A stretch of DNA of 64,000 nt, from contig ML996689.1 in the NCBI GenBank assembly GCA_010356995.1, positions 638,691 to 702,690 of the forward strand, given 5' to 3'. The translations under genes and the position numbers were made by a program. Below are positions 11,472 through 22,610 of this stretch, piece by piece. The stretch comes from Trichodelitschia bisporula. Taxonomy: Eukaryota. The stretch's first letter is position 1; the number at the start of each line of letters is the position of its first letter. The notes under the pieces were generated by a model. It saw nothing but the letters and a program-made list of their open reading frames with translations, had not been told where the DNA came from and did not search any database.

Positions 11472-11971
11472 GACTGGAGTGAAGCCCGGGGGGAGGAATG
11501 GGGGGAGGGACTGATGAGGGCGTGAGGGTTGGTGGTGTGGTATGGCTTCGAAGAATGGATATCAGTGCCTGCAAGCCCACATCTCTCTCTCAAGACAAGC
11601 AAGATGTGTTCTATATACGCCGCAAAGACAGCCATTCATCAACAGCCCACCGAAGGGACAGCGCAGGACAAGAGATCTACCCATCAATCCGACTTCACAC
11701 CTACACCACTGAAGGCGTAAAACCCCCAAGGTCGCCCACGACGATGAAAACTAACCGCCCGACACCGTCAAGGAGTGACAATCACCACCACCATACCATC
11801 CCATACGCCCATAAAACATCCATCCTCCCACATACTCCAGCCGTGCGTCATAAGACATAACCATAACCCATAAGGAGTGACCATCGCGTAACTGCCAAAA
11901 TGCAAAACCAAAAAAAGAACGCCAGATATCAACAAACCCATCGGACGCAGGAGCCCGCACCCCCCATCAGC

Positions 11972-14125
11972 CTACATAATCGCACATTGACTCGGCCCAC
12001 TCCTCGCCCTCCTCCTCCGACTCCCCCCCACCCCTGCCCCCCCCGCCTCATCCGCATGCGCCATCTGCGCCTCCCTCGCCCTACGTCTCTGCCTCCTCCC
12101 CGCCCCCGTCGCCGTTGCCTCCTCATTCATCCGCATATACTCCGCCCACAACCGTTCCAACCTCTTCGCACGCTTAAAATCGCCCTTTTGTACCCGCTCC
12201 GTATGGGCCTCAACCGTCGGCTGCCAATTGTAGAAACACTTCACATGGATAATGTGCGTAGGCCCGACCACGATTTCCGGCGCTCCGGGGACGGGGCCCG
12301 CCATGCGGCAGTACTCTGAGTTGCGGGATAGGATCTCACGGATGCCGGTCCAGGTTACGTTCTGGCAGTCGTAGACGACGAGGCGCAGGCTGATGGTGGG
12401 CAGGGGGGTGGAGGATGTGAGTCCGGATTGGATGGCTGAGGCGGCGGCGGCGCGGTTGCGGGCTTGGAGGAGGGTGGCGGCTTCGGTGAGGGTTAGGTCT
12501 GAGATGCGTGTGTTGTCCATTTCGAGGCTGGCGAGCTGGGTGCATTGTTGGAGGATGGGTACGACGCCGACGTCGCCAACTGAGTCGCAGTACGAGATGG
12601 TGAGGTGTTTGAGGTGCTTGCGGGCTGGGGAATTGGCTAGGGCTTGGAGGGAGGCGCTGGTGATATGGCCTAGTTCCTCGAGGTCTAGGTGTGTGATGGA
12701 AGTGAGAGTCGGCAGCAGCTCTTTTAACGAAATATCCGTGAGATCAGTGCATTTGGAGAGCTGCAGGCCTTCCAGGTGCGGGACGTTATGCGCCAGGGCC
12801 TTGACGCCAATGTCCGTGATGTTGCGGCAGCGCGAGAGATCCAGGTGCTTCAGCTTGCGCGGCGGGGCAACGTAACGGCCGGCGAGATAGTCGTATGCCG
12901 GATTGGGTCCCCACACCAGCCTCATCAGAGTCTCGTCCGTGACGGAGTCGCATTGGGCCAGAACGAGACGCTCGAGGGTGTTGCGTTCAAAAAGCGAAAA
13001 GACAAAGTCCAGGTCATCCCAGCCCCGCGACTCGCCTGCCCGCAGGTCCTCCAGTTCTGGGCAGCCATCGACAATCCAACGGAGGCCCCGCGTGTCAATG
13101 CCGGAGCACCAACTGACATTGAGAGACTTGAGGCGTGGACAATGCTTGCCGAGAATCTTCATAGCGGCATTCGTCGCGATGGGCAAGCCGCATAGATTGA
13201 CCTGGACAAGACGGTTATTCTGACCCAGGAGAGCATGCAGCGAGTTACGCTCAATATGGCAATCCTCCAGTGCCAGGCTCTCGAGGTTTTGGCACGCATC
13301 GACCACGCCTGCCGATGTCCAGTCTTGTGGCAGTTGTACACAGCCTCGGAGATTCAAATCTTTGACGAAAGGGCCGCTGCCCGTAATGATGTTTTTCAGA
13401 ACGGCCGAGGGAATATCGCGGTAATAGTCAGAGGTATCAATCGTTTGCCAGAGCTGGCCGTCAAAGCACATGGCGTGCCACTTCTTGGAGACTGCGGAAC
13501 AGCGAACGAGTTCCTGTGGCGTCAGATGGTCCAGGATCTGCAGGCGGATCTCGAAAGGCATGTCCTCCCAAAATTTGACGTTCTTCTTCTTCTCCTTTGC
13601 GCGCGCAACAGGCCTCGAAAAGTAGTCGTGTACTTCTTCGACGACAACGTCCGCATTGGGAGTAGGCCGTAACTCGACAGGGAGGCCAACCGATACCGGT
13701 GTGTCTTTGCCAACAGGCCGCGTCAAGGGTCGGGTACACTCAAAAAGATGTGCATTGCCCCCAGGCGTACTCGCTGCCGACGTCGGCGCGGTAGGGTAAC
13801 ATTGTGCGAAGGGACTTATGTTGTTATGGCAATCCCTTCCAAACGGTGTCGGCGACGACTGCAGGGAGATGCAAGAAATAGAACCCTTTGTGCCGGTACG
13901 GAAGTCGGGAGTAGAAATTCCCATGCGAGCCAGTGACGGCGACGAAGTCATTCGCTTGACTTTCCGCCAGAGACGCTTATGGCCCTTCACTTTGGGTCCG
14001 TCGCGCCCGCCGTCAGCACCGTAGTGCTCTGGCTGCTGCTCTGGCGCAGGCGTCGTCGGCATGCTCTCTGGCGGCGAGTGCACAATGGCGTCGATAGACG
14101 CAGGCTCTGTGTGATTGTCGCTCAT
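11972..14125 (-). CDS. F-box/leucine-rich repeat protein
   Basis: 717 aa single ORF. F-box (MPFEIRLQILDHLTPQELVRCSAVSKKW) followed by cysteine-containing LRRs (LNLRGC, LNVSWC, LDLSRC, LQLSKC). Confidence 0.92.
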   Translation of the reverse strand: MSDNHTEPASIDAIVHSPPESMPTTPAPEQQPEHYGADGGRDGPKVKGHKRLWRKVKRMTSSPSLARMGISTPDFRTGTKGSISCISLQSSPTPFGRDCHNNISPFAQCYPTAPTSAASTPGGNAHLFECTRPLTRPVGKDTPVSVGLPVELRPTPNADVVVEEVHDYFSRPVARAKEKKKNVKFWEDMPFEIRLQILDHLTPQELVRCSAVSKKWHAMCFDGQLWQTIDTSDYYRDIPSAVLKNIITGSGPFVKDLNLRGCVQLPQDWTSAGVVDACQNLESLALEDCHIERNSLHALLGQNNRLVQVNLCGLPIATNAAMKILGKHCPRLKSLNVSWCSGIDTRGLRWIVDGCPELEDLRAGESRGWDDLDFVFSLFERNTLERLVLAQCDSVTDETLMRLVWGPNPAYDYLAGRYVAPPRKLKHLDLSRCRNITDIGVKALAHNVPHLEGLQLSKCTDLTDISLKELLPTLTSITHLDLEELGHITSASLQALANSPARKHLKHLTISYCDSVGDVGVVPILQQCTQLASLEMDNTRISDLTLTEAATLLQARNRAAAASAIQSGLTSSTPLPTISLRLVVYDCQNVTWTGIREILSRNSEYCRMAGPVPGAPEIVVGPTHIIHVKCFYNWQPTVEAHTERVQKGDFKRAKRLERLWAEYMRMNEEATATGAGRRQRRRAREAQMAHADEAGGAGVGGSRRRRARSGPSQCAIM

Positions 14126-15410
14126 GGCGGCGGCCGAGCTTTCGAGATCTCAGGAAGTATAAGTCATGAAGGGAGCCGGCGTGGAGCTGAATTCGACTCG
14201 GCGGGTGTGGGGAGGCGCGAGCTGAACTCAGCCGGACAACGCGGAAGTATCGGCAAGCGAGAATAAAGGAAGCGATTTCGCGTGAAGTACAACTTCGACG
14301 GGGCAAACGGGACGAAGAAATTCGGATAATCAGCCTAGCAAAGAGACGCGGACAACAGGCAAGTCAGTGAGAGTAGTGGATGGCTAAGGCGAGGCTGTTT
14401 GCATTGATGTTCGATACGGTGCTGGTGGGTGGTGGGGTACGGGCAGGGGTAGGCGGGGGAGGGGGAGGGAGAGGGGAAAGCCGAATGCGAACACCTACCG
14501 ACAAAACGAGGTTGCCAGAACACAAGAGGCTTTTTGCCTGCTACGGAACGAAGACCGACAACTAAATACGGATTATAACAGACATGAAAGGTGAGAGGCG
14601 AGATAGCGGGAAAAGGGGGGGGAGGTGATGAGTTGATCGTGATATGTATGGATGGCCGATATTTTGGGGGAGGAGGAAGGGGACGGAAGGGGTCCACACT
14701 GCAGGATGTCCAGGCCTTTAGCCCAACATTGGGGCCCCCTGTCCTATCAGTTTGTGTGGTGGACAACAGTAGTTGGGTGGCTCTGGTGTTGCTTCTCGGG
14801 TCTCATGGTGGGGTTTCGGCACTCCGATAAGAACTGGCACTACTGGATAGGCGGGTGATGGTACCAGCCGAAAATCGCCTAGAGCTGGCTGAATGGCGCA
14901 TCTGCGAGCACAAGACCTGGGGACAAACGCCACACCACTGACGGCTCTGCCCCGCGCGCCTGTGCCCTCACGGCTTTCCAGCCCTGTCTTGCGCCTTCAA
15001 GCGCTTGAATCGCCAATGTAATGTCTTGGCCAAGAATGGTCGGGTGCTCACGACATGTGCCTATGATCACCACCATTGCTTTAACGTCCGTTGGAACTTA
15101 CAGAAGATAGTATCCGAGAGAATGGGACCTTCAGAATACTCTTCTTATCTATGGATCAAGTTTCCATCGTCATCCTCAACTCTAGAACTAGTCATCTGGA
15201 TCGCACTTCAACCCTAACCGTAGATTCGGCACATGAGAGGGAGACTTCAAGCTTGAAGACGATACGTACCGGGACCTTTGAGCCTTCTTTGCACTTACCT
15301 TGCCTCTAGATGACCATAGTTCGGAATATTTTGCCGCTTCCAATATCCGCTTGTCGTCAATAAGCTCATGAACGTTACGACTCCACCCAGAGATTGACGG
15401 AACAAGCTAA

Positions 15411-18400
15411 CTATGGCGAAAGATCCATCTCTGTCTCCGAAACAATCTCCAAATTAGTATCCGAACCTGTCCCCAAACCAGTGTCCAAATCAGTGCCCAC
15501 ATCAGCCTCCAAATCAACCTTACCAAATCGTTGCACACCCCTCATTGCCGCCTCCGTTTCGACGTCGACCCTCGTTGTGCCAGTACACCAAACTCCAGGC
15601 TTCCCACCCACTATCACCCTACACCACCACATCCCACTGCGCACCTCGCTCTCATAATCCACCTTCTGCCCCCTAGCCAGCCTCCCCAGCTCAACCTTCG
15701 GATGTCTCGCCAACATCCCCCCCGAGAGCAACCGTTCCAGCACACGCCACACCCCAGCGCGCTCAAGAAACTGTACAACAGCATCTTCGTTGCCCCCGCT
15801 ATCAACAAAGATCGCACCAACTAGCGCCTCAATCATGTCGCTGAACAGCTTATCCGGTTGTACGCGACACAGAGCGGCCCAGGGGTAAACAGTGCCATGA
15901 GTGAGCCCTTCCCTGACTTCCATTTTGAACTGGCCGTAGCGTTCAAATGCCTTCTCGCGCACGGCAAAGACGCCGGCGCTCGAGTAGCGGAGGAAGTCGC
16001 AGAGGCGAGAAGCTGAACCCGGAGCTGCTAAGTCGGATGTGCTGGGGCTGGGTTGAGCTTCAAACTCCATACACAGGAAGCCAAGTATCAAACTGTTCAC
16101 GACTGCAGCACGTGCGTCGTGCATTTCGTGATGCTCCAGGTGTGAATGGGTTTCCCAAATGCGCTTCACGACGACGAGATCCAGGACTGCATCGCCTAGG
16201 AATTCGAGACGCTGGTAGGAGTTTGTGACCATTGGCCCGTATTGCTGAAAGGAAGGATGCGTAATGGCTTCAAGTAGGAGACTCTTCTTGCGGAATATGT
16301 ATCCAACCAAAGTCTCTAGAGAGGCGAGATTAAGGGCAGCGTCGGACGCGTGGCTGAAGAGCTCGGCTACTGACTCCTTTATTGGTGCCAGCTGGAAATC
16401 TGACAGGAACAGGGTGATGCAGCTCTGGGCGGCAGGGACACCGCCGTCAAGCATTGCGGCGCCGATTAGAGCTTCAACAACGTCGGCGATGACCTTGGGC
16501 GAAAGTTCGCGCTTCTCGGGTTCTGCGGCCAACACTTCGTGAATGTAGTACGGACGCCACTTGAGGCCGGTGAAACTGTCGTTGACGATGAACCGATCCA
16601 GTCCCTTGTCCAAAGCAGCTCGGCACAGCCTGCGGTTAGACACTCGTCGGTCCTTCTCCTGTGATAAGTACCCCTCGGGCCACTTCGGATTCTTAGATAT
16701 CACATCCACGGACATGATATATTTGAGGACGCAGTCGCCGAGGAATTCTTGCCGCTGGTAGTTGCTATCCTCCTGGGCTGCATCGTGCATGATGGCCGTC
16801 TGGACGTACTCGAGGTTCTGGATGCCCACGGGGCCGAGTAAAGTCGTTCGCAGCTCTTCTGCGATCATACGCATTTCAAACCGGCGAAGGATCGACGGAA
16901 TAAACAGCGAAAACGTCACGAAGTCGACCGGCAAGCTTTCGAAGAAGCACTCGCTGGCGGGTAGTATCAGCTCGGTGGTGTACTTGTGAGAAAGAAGGCC
17001 AGTCGCCACACGATGCAAAAAGTCGCGACGTTTTAGGAACTGTGTGACCACGATGTTGACTCCTTCATCCCCCCCGGACGGCTCTGCGACGCGCTGGAAG
17101 ACGAAGCGGTGCCACATCTGATACTTGTGATGGACGATTCGCCCTTTCAAATCCTGATCCAGCACTCCAAGCACATCTAGAACCGGCTGTTTTCCCAGGT
17201 CCGGATTCGACATCCACTGGAATGTGCATGCGTCCAAGTTCGCGTATTCCCGAGGCCCGAAGGGCGTGACAAAGGGCTCTGTTCCAGCAACCATCCTAGA
17301 GCTGTGGACAGGCCAAAGTAGCGCCTTAGAGAAGCCTTGGAAGCCGTCAAAGTTGGCCTTGGTGTACGGAAGCCGGCCGACCTTGCGTATGGAGATTTCG
17401 TAAGTCGTCGACGGATTCAAGTGAACCGTAAACTGTGGTGGAATTACGAGTTCGCACGGCACGCGGAGGGAAAAGTCCGGAAATTCCTTCCTGTCCTTAG
17501 TCCAGGAGATGCAATACTCCACAAGCTCACCCTCATCGCTCCATTGTCTGGCAACAGCAGCCCATGGGTTGAGTCTGGTAGCTACTTCGATGAGCTGAGC
17601 ATTAGGATTCGTAGCCATTTCCACCGTCTCTGGTTCCTTGGTTAGGGGAAGGAGGTTGTCATTGATCAGCCCCGCTTGGTACAACCCGAGGTACGCCTCA
17701 TAGGCGGCATCAGCGCGTGCGTTCTTTTCAGCGATGAAGGAACGCGAGCTGCGGAACTGGCGCAGTGATGGATCCACACATGCTGGGAGGGTCACCTCAG
17801 CGCTCACCATACCACTCTTGTCCGAGTGGTAGGCGAACTGAGGGCGCATGTCAACGTATGACACTGAGTAAAGAGTGGTACAGAAGTGGTACAGATGCCC
17901 CATGGCGTTGTCAGTGGTCAATAACGCGCCGGTAGACTCAACACGGTACTGACGCCGGCCGACCTTTTCGCTCCCTTCCATGGGGGTCGAATCGATTGTC
18001 ATGTTCCTGAGGTACTCCTGCTTCATTTCCTCTTCCAACTCGGCCCACTCATGCGGTCCAGCGACCGGATCGCCTTCTGGGAGTATGATGACATACTTTG
18101 AGCGTTCATGTCTGGCGCGGCCACGGCCCTGAACATAGGATTTTAGGTTGCCCGGAGGGTCGAAGCAAATTACAATGTTGCACGACGGAACATCAATACC
18201 CTCTTCGAGGACACTCGTGGCAACAATGAAGTTGACGACCCCTGTACGGAAGTCTTCCAGAGTCTTCAGCTGCTTCTTGATGTCTACGGGTTCGACAACG
18301 TGTTTCGCTTTCTTGTCGGAGCTAGCCAGTCCAACAAAGTCCCGGATTACGAACTTGGATCCCACAACTGGATGCCTAGACAAAAGATTCGCTAGAGCCC

Positions 18401-19792
18401 TGACGTTTGCGCGCTCCTTCACAAAGATGAGGCCGGTCATGTTCTCGCTCTCGCTTTCCAGAAGCTTAATCAAGGATTCAACCTTTGGGGAGAGGACATC
18501 TGGTTCGTCGCTTCCACTTTGTCCTTCAGTGGCCGTCTGGGCGGTTTGACTGATGCGTAGGAAGATCCTTCGGAGATGCTCCTTCTCCTCGTTGTCCCAA
18601 GCGGCGAGCTGCCCATTCCTGTTATACAGGCCATTGAACCTTTCGATAGTGTCGCTTAGATATCTGGTTGCTGCGGTGGGGCCTAGCTGTTCTAACACGG
18701 AGAGAGTCTGCCGATGTACTTTGCCCAAATGTTGGAAACAGTAGGTCTGACGACCCATCACGGCCGTCATGAGCTTTGCTGGATCACTGCTCCGGAGCTC
18801 AAGGACGTATGGGTCCGTAAAGATGTCGTAATGTCTTTCCTCATGGCTCAAAGCCTGGAGAAGCGGGGGTATTGCAGTTGCGGGCGAGCTTTCGGATGAA
18901 GGGTAGGTGATTTTGCAAAGGTGAGGCTGATGTACATGTTTGAGCAGCTCGGAGCGTGCCTTTTGGGGCGTAATGACCCTTGAATGCATATTCATCTCGA
19001 GGTCGCTGACACATTAGCAATGCTCCGTGTGCTAGAGACGACCTACGAGATGCCTTGTACTCCACCTGAAATCACTGGGCTGGCCGTAAGCCCCAGCACA
19101 TGGGGAACTGGTTTGCCTTGGCTGACATTGCGGAAGTAAAAGTCCTGCATGATTTTGTTTCCAGGGTTGTCCTTGATACAGTTGTGGGCTGAGACCGTTA
19201 GCATATATGGATGATAGACTTGCCAAGCTCGCCTTCGTCATATATTATAAGCTCGAGGCTCGACATCTGGACAAATCCATGTCCGAGAGCTTCGTGGAGC
19301 AAGCCGTACGTAGAAACCACGACCCGGATGTCCTGCAACACTGCATCCCATTGTATCTGGTCGGTCCAGCGATCGATGTTGTCATGTCCCGTCAGGACAC
19401 GGGACTTGTAAGCGGGAAGGTGCTTCTCAAACACAGAAAACTGTTGCATGCAAAGATTGACTGTAGGAGCGAGAAACCATACAATCTGGAAAGGGTTCAG
19501 CTGATGCGGCCAAAGATGAAAAACTGCTCGAACCTGGCTGGATGGGCACACTTCCAGAGCGGCTCTTGCTCGCTCAATCGCGCTGCGACGTTGGTAGCCT
19601 TCCACAACAGGCCAAAATACTTACATTGCAGTTTTGCCGCTGCCTGTATCCATCTAGTCATCTCAGCATTTGAAAGCAGGCATGAAGCCTTTAACCTACC
19701 GCAACGATGACATTCCGCTTTAGGCTCTCTCTGAGCATTTCATCTTGATACGGACGAAGCGTAAAACGCTCTTCTTCAGCTGCATCATCCAT
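15411..19792 (-). CDS. dcl2: Dicer-like protein 2 (DExH helicase, helicase C, Dicer dimerisation domain, two RNase III domains, C-terminal dsRBD-like region), 6 exons
   Basis: LRPYQDEM, MDTGSGKT, DEAH (spliced), LGLTASP, VATSVLEEGIDVPSCN, SYVQGRGRAR, YQRQEFLGD...ADVVEALIGA and YQRLEFLGD...SDMIEALVGA. No PAZ evident, as is usual for fungal DCL2. Confidence 0.93.
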
Positions 19793-20226
19793 CCCGAGCG
19801 ACAGCGTCAGGTATGACGTGCGGAGCTTAAAGAAACTGAAGAGTTCGTCGCTAGCAAGAAGGAGGTGAGACCGGAGGGGTAGTGTGTTCAACTACGGAGT
19901 GATATCGGACTGGATGGTTGCATATGTACTTGATTTAGCACGCATTCGGAACCGTGAAGCTGCAGGTTTGGCGCCACGATCTAGTCACACAGCCTGCAGC
20001 TAGCTGCAGCCCCACCAATGGGGACTCATAAAGCGCTAGATTAGGCGGCAATGTTCTGGAGAGGGGTCCAAAAACGATGGACAACGGTTGTAGTCGGCCT
20101 TCTCCGTAAAGATCCCCGGGCGGCGCAAGAAGTGCCATTACCATCGCAAGTTCACGATAGGAACTACTGTACCTTTGTCCATCAACCCCTGCCAGTTCGA
20201 CGCATCCAGGATTTACAGAAACCGAA

Positions 20227-20733
20227 ATGTCCGCCAAGCTTCCGAGCCTTACCAACATTCCACGACGCTTTCCAGGTTATTGCCTTAGTCTTTCTACGCC
20301 CTTGATCGATGAAATGGGACTCCAGCTCTCTACGCTAGATGACTCACTCGTCTTATCCATTGGAAGCGGCAGCGGTTTGCTGGAGGCGTGCGTACGGAGG
20401 CAGTTCCCGCGCCTGCGAATCGAAGCAGTTGAAGTGGCAGAGGGGATCAACAGCTATCTGCCGGATGATTGTATGCACGTGGTGAAAGGAACTTGGGAGA
20501 CATGCTCCAGATCATCTGATGCATCCGCCTGGCTCTTCGTATATCCGCGCCAGCCGTCTCTTATCACGAAGTACCTTCATACGCATGCGGAGAATGTTCA
20601 ACTTGTAATCTGGCTTGGTCCAAAGGTTGACTGGCAGGATTTCAAGCCTTGTTTCGAGTCTGGGCTCAAGGTTGAAGAGGTTAAAAACTGCGGGCTGGCA
20701 GAATATGAGATGATGGTTATAGCGAGGCTGTAG
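20227..20733 (+). CDS. Small class I SAM-dependent methyltransferase-like protein
   Basis: 168 aa. Glycine loop LVLSIGSGSGLLE followed by an acidic beta-2 end (IEAVEV); also WLFVYPR and IWLGP. Substrate unknown. Confidence 0.7.
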   Translation: MSAKLPSLTNIPRRFPGYCLSLSTPLIDEMGLQLSTLDDSLVLSIGSGSGLLEACVRRQFPRLRIEAVEVAEGINSYLPDDCMHVVKGTWETCSRSSDASAWLFVYPRQPSLITKYLHTHAENVQLVIWLGPKVDWQDFKPCFESGLKVEEVKNCGLAEYEMMVIARL

Positions 20734-20981
20734 TTGTCTCAGTAAGTTGCAGTCCATAGCAATCCTGTTCCGGTTGACGATGCTCAGAGTGTGGCGCATT
20801 GAAGCCATCAAGCCACAGCCGCTCAGCCACAGACATGGCGGTTCGCGGATCTTTGAAGTGGTCTTGGCCCGGCACGGAAAAACGTCGGGCTCGCACACAA
20901 CCCACCAAAAACACCAAAGGGCTTTCCGTCAAGCAACCACCTCCACTAACTTCCAGCATCTAACCCCGGAAATCGAGCAGG

Positions 20982-21878
20982 ATGTCGACCTTCGAGCCAG
21001 TCGTACGTCTCCCCATTGCTGTCGCCATCGCGATCGCGCGTGTCCACCACGGCAGCCATCATCAACTGGGCTTACTGACTTCTTAGGTCGTCATTGACGG
21101 CAAGGGACACCTTCTCGGTCGCCTGGCCAGCATCGTGGCCAAGCAGCTCCTTAACGGCCAGAAGATCGTTGTGGTCCGCTGCGAGGCGCTCAACATCTCT
21201 GGAGAGTTCTTCCGCGCGAAGTGTACGTCTACTACAATCCCGAGTTGGAGATATCCGGCGGATCCCGAATAGTGAACATTTGACTGACGAATTGGGCCTA
21301 CAGTGAAGTACCAAGCCTTCCTGCGCAAGCAGACGCGCTTCAACCCCACTCGGGGAGGTGAGACATCTCACATTCCAAGATCGCGCATTACGCAGCGCAC
21401 TTGAGGCCATTCATGGCTAACGGACACGATCAGGTCCTTTCCATTTCCGCGCTCCGTCGAAGATCTTCTGGCGCACCGTCCGTGGCATGATCCCGCACAA
21501 GACCGCGCGTGGTGCCGCTGCGATGAACCGCCTCAAGGTCTTCGAGGGCATCCCGCCTCCGTATGACACTAAGAAGCGTCTTGTCGTTCCCCAGGCTCTC
21601 CGCGTGCTCCGCCTGCAGCCTGGCCGCAAGTACTGCACGGTTGGCCGTCTGGGTCACGAGTTCGGCTGGAAGTACCAGGACGTCGTTGCTCGGTGCGTGT
21701 GGACCCCGCTGCTCCGACGTGGAATACTAACTGGTGTAGGCTCGAGGAGCGGAGAAAGGTCAAGGGTGCCGCGTACTACGAGCGCAAGAAGGCTGCGCGC
21801 AAGCAGCTCATCGAAGCTCAGAAGTCGGCGAAGGTGGACAAGAAGACGAAGGAGACTCTCGCCCAGCTCGGTTACTAA
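20982..21878 (+). CDS. RPL16: 60S ribosomal protein L16 (uL13), 5 exons
   Basis: [22 protein letters not shown]...[16 protein letters not shown]...[10 protein letters not shown]...[10 protein letters not shown]. Four GT-AG introns. Confidence 0.96.
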
Positions 21879-22610
21879 GCGAAGTGTTCGGGTCGTGGCT
21901 GCGGGTATTTTCGAGGATGATTGATATGGGCGCTTCAACTGGGGTCAGGGTTATGGCATTTTCACGCGGGTTACTGGTCTGCGTGGACACATAAAATTCC
22001 AATACAATGAACAACCAGGGTTGCTCAGTCATCGTCCACTGCTTCATCATGACACGCTGTGGTTGTACGAGTGTCTTTTGTCTGATCTACGCCATGAATG
22101 GGATAGATGCGGCCCTAGCAAGTAGTAGCGCCCCGGAGTACGTTCGGGCTTTGGCCGCAATTAACCCACATTCCCCTTCCCCACGACCCGCGCCCTGGTC
22201 GATGCGCCTAGGGAACCTCCGCTATTGCGGTATTCGGCAATACTGGGGAATCAAAAGGCTCAAAATACTCGCCCTGTCTTTCCATGTCTCGTCGTTGTGG
22301 GGACAGCGCGTGGGCGTATGGCATCCCGGACCAGAGGATGGGCAATTGCCGCGGGTGATGCATGCGCGCCACAAACCCACTGGTGCGCCCATGAAGCTTA
22401 CCCCGGATTTCCGCCAGGAACTCCGCGTCCAACGTTGCCTCACTGGCTCTTGTCCCCGCTTCCCCCAATTGCTAGGCGTGTTCCTTTTCAACCTTAGTAT
22501 AAGTAGTGGAGGTGTGTCCGTTTCTTCCAAGATCACTGCCACCTTTTGTTTCTCGTGTACGCGTACAGCTTCGTTGTTTCTTTGTAGGAGTTCATCAGCC
22601 TGAATACGTC

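Noticed and set aside
21003..21432. Possible snoRNAs in RPL16 introns
   Set aside because: Introns are short and lack RTGATGA/CTGA pairs.
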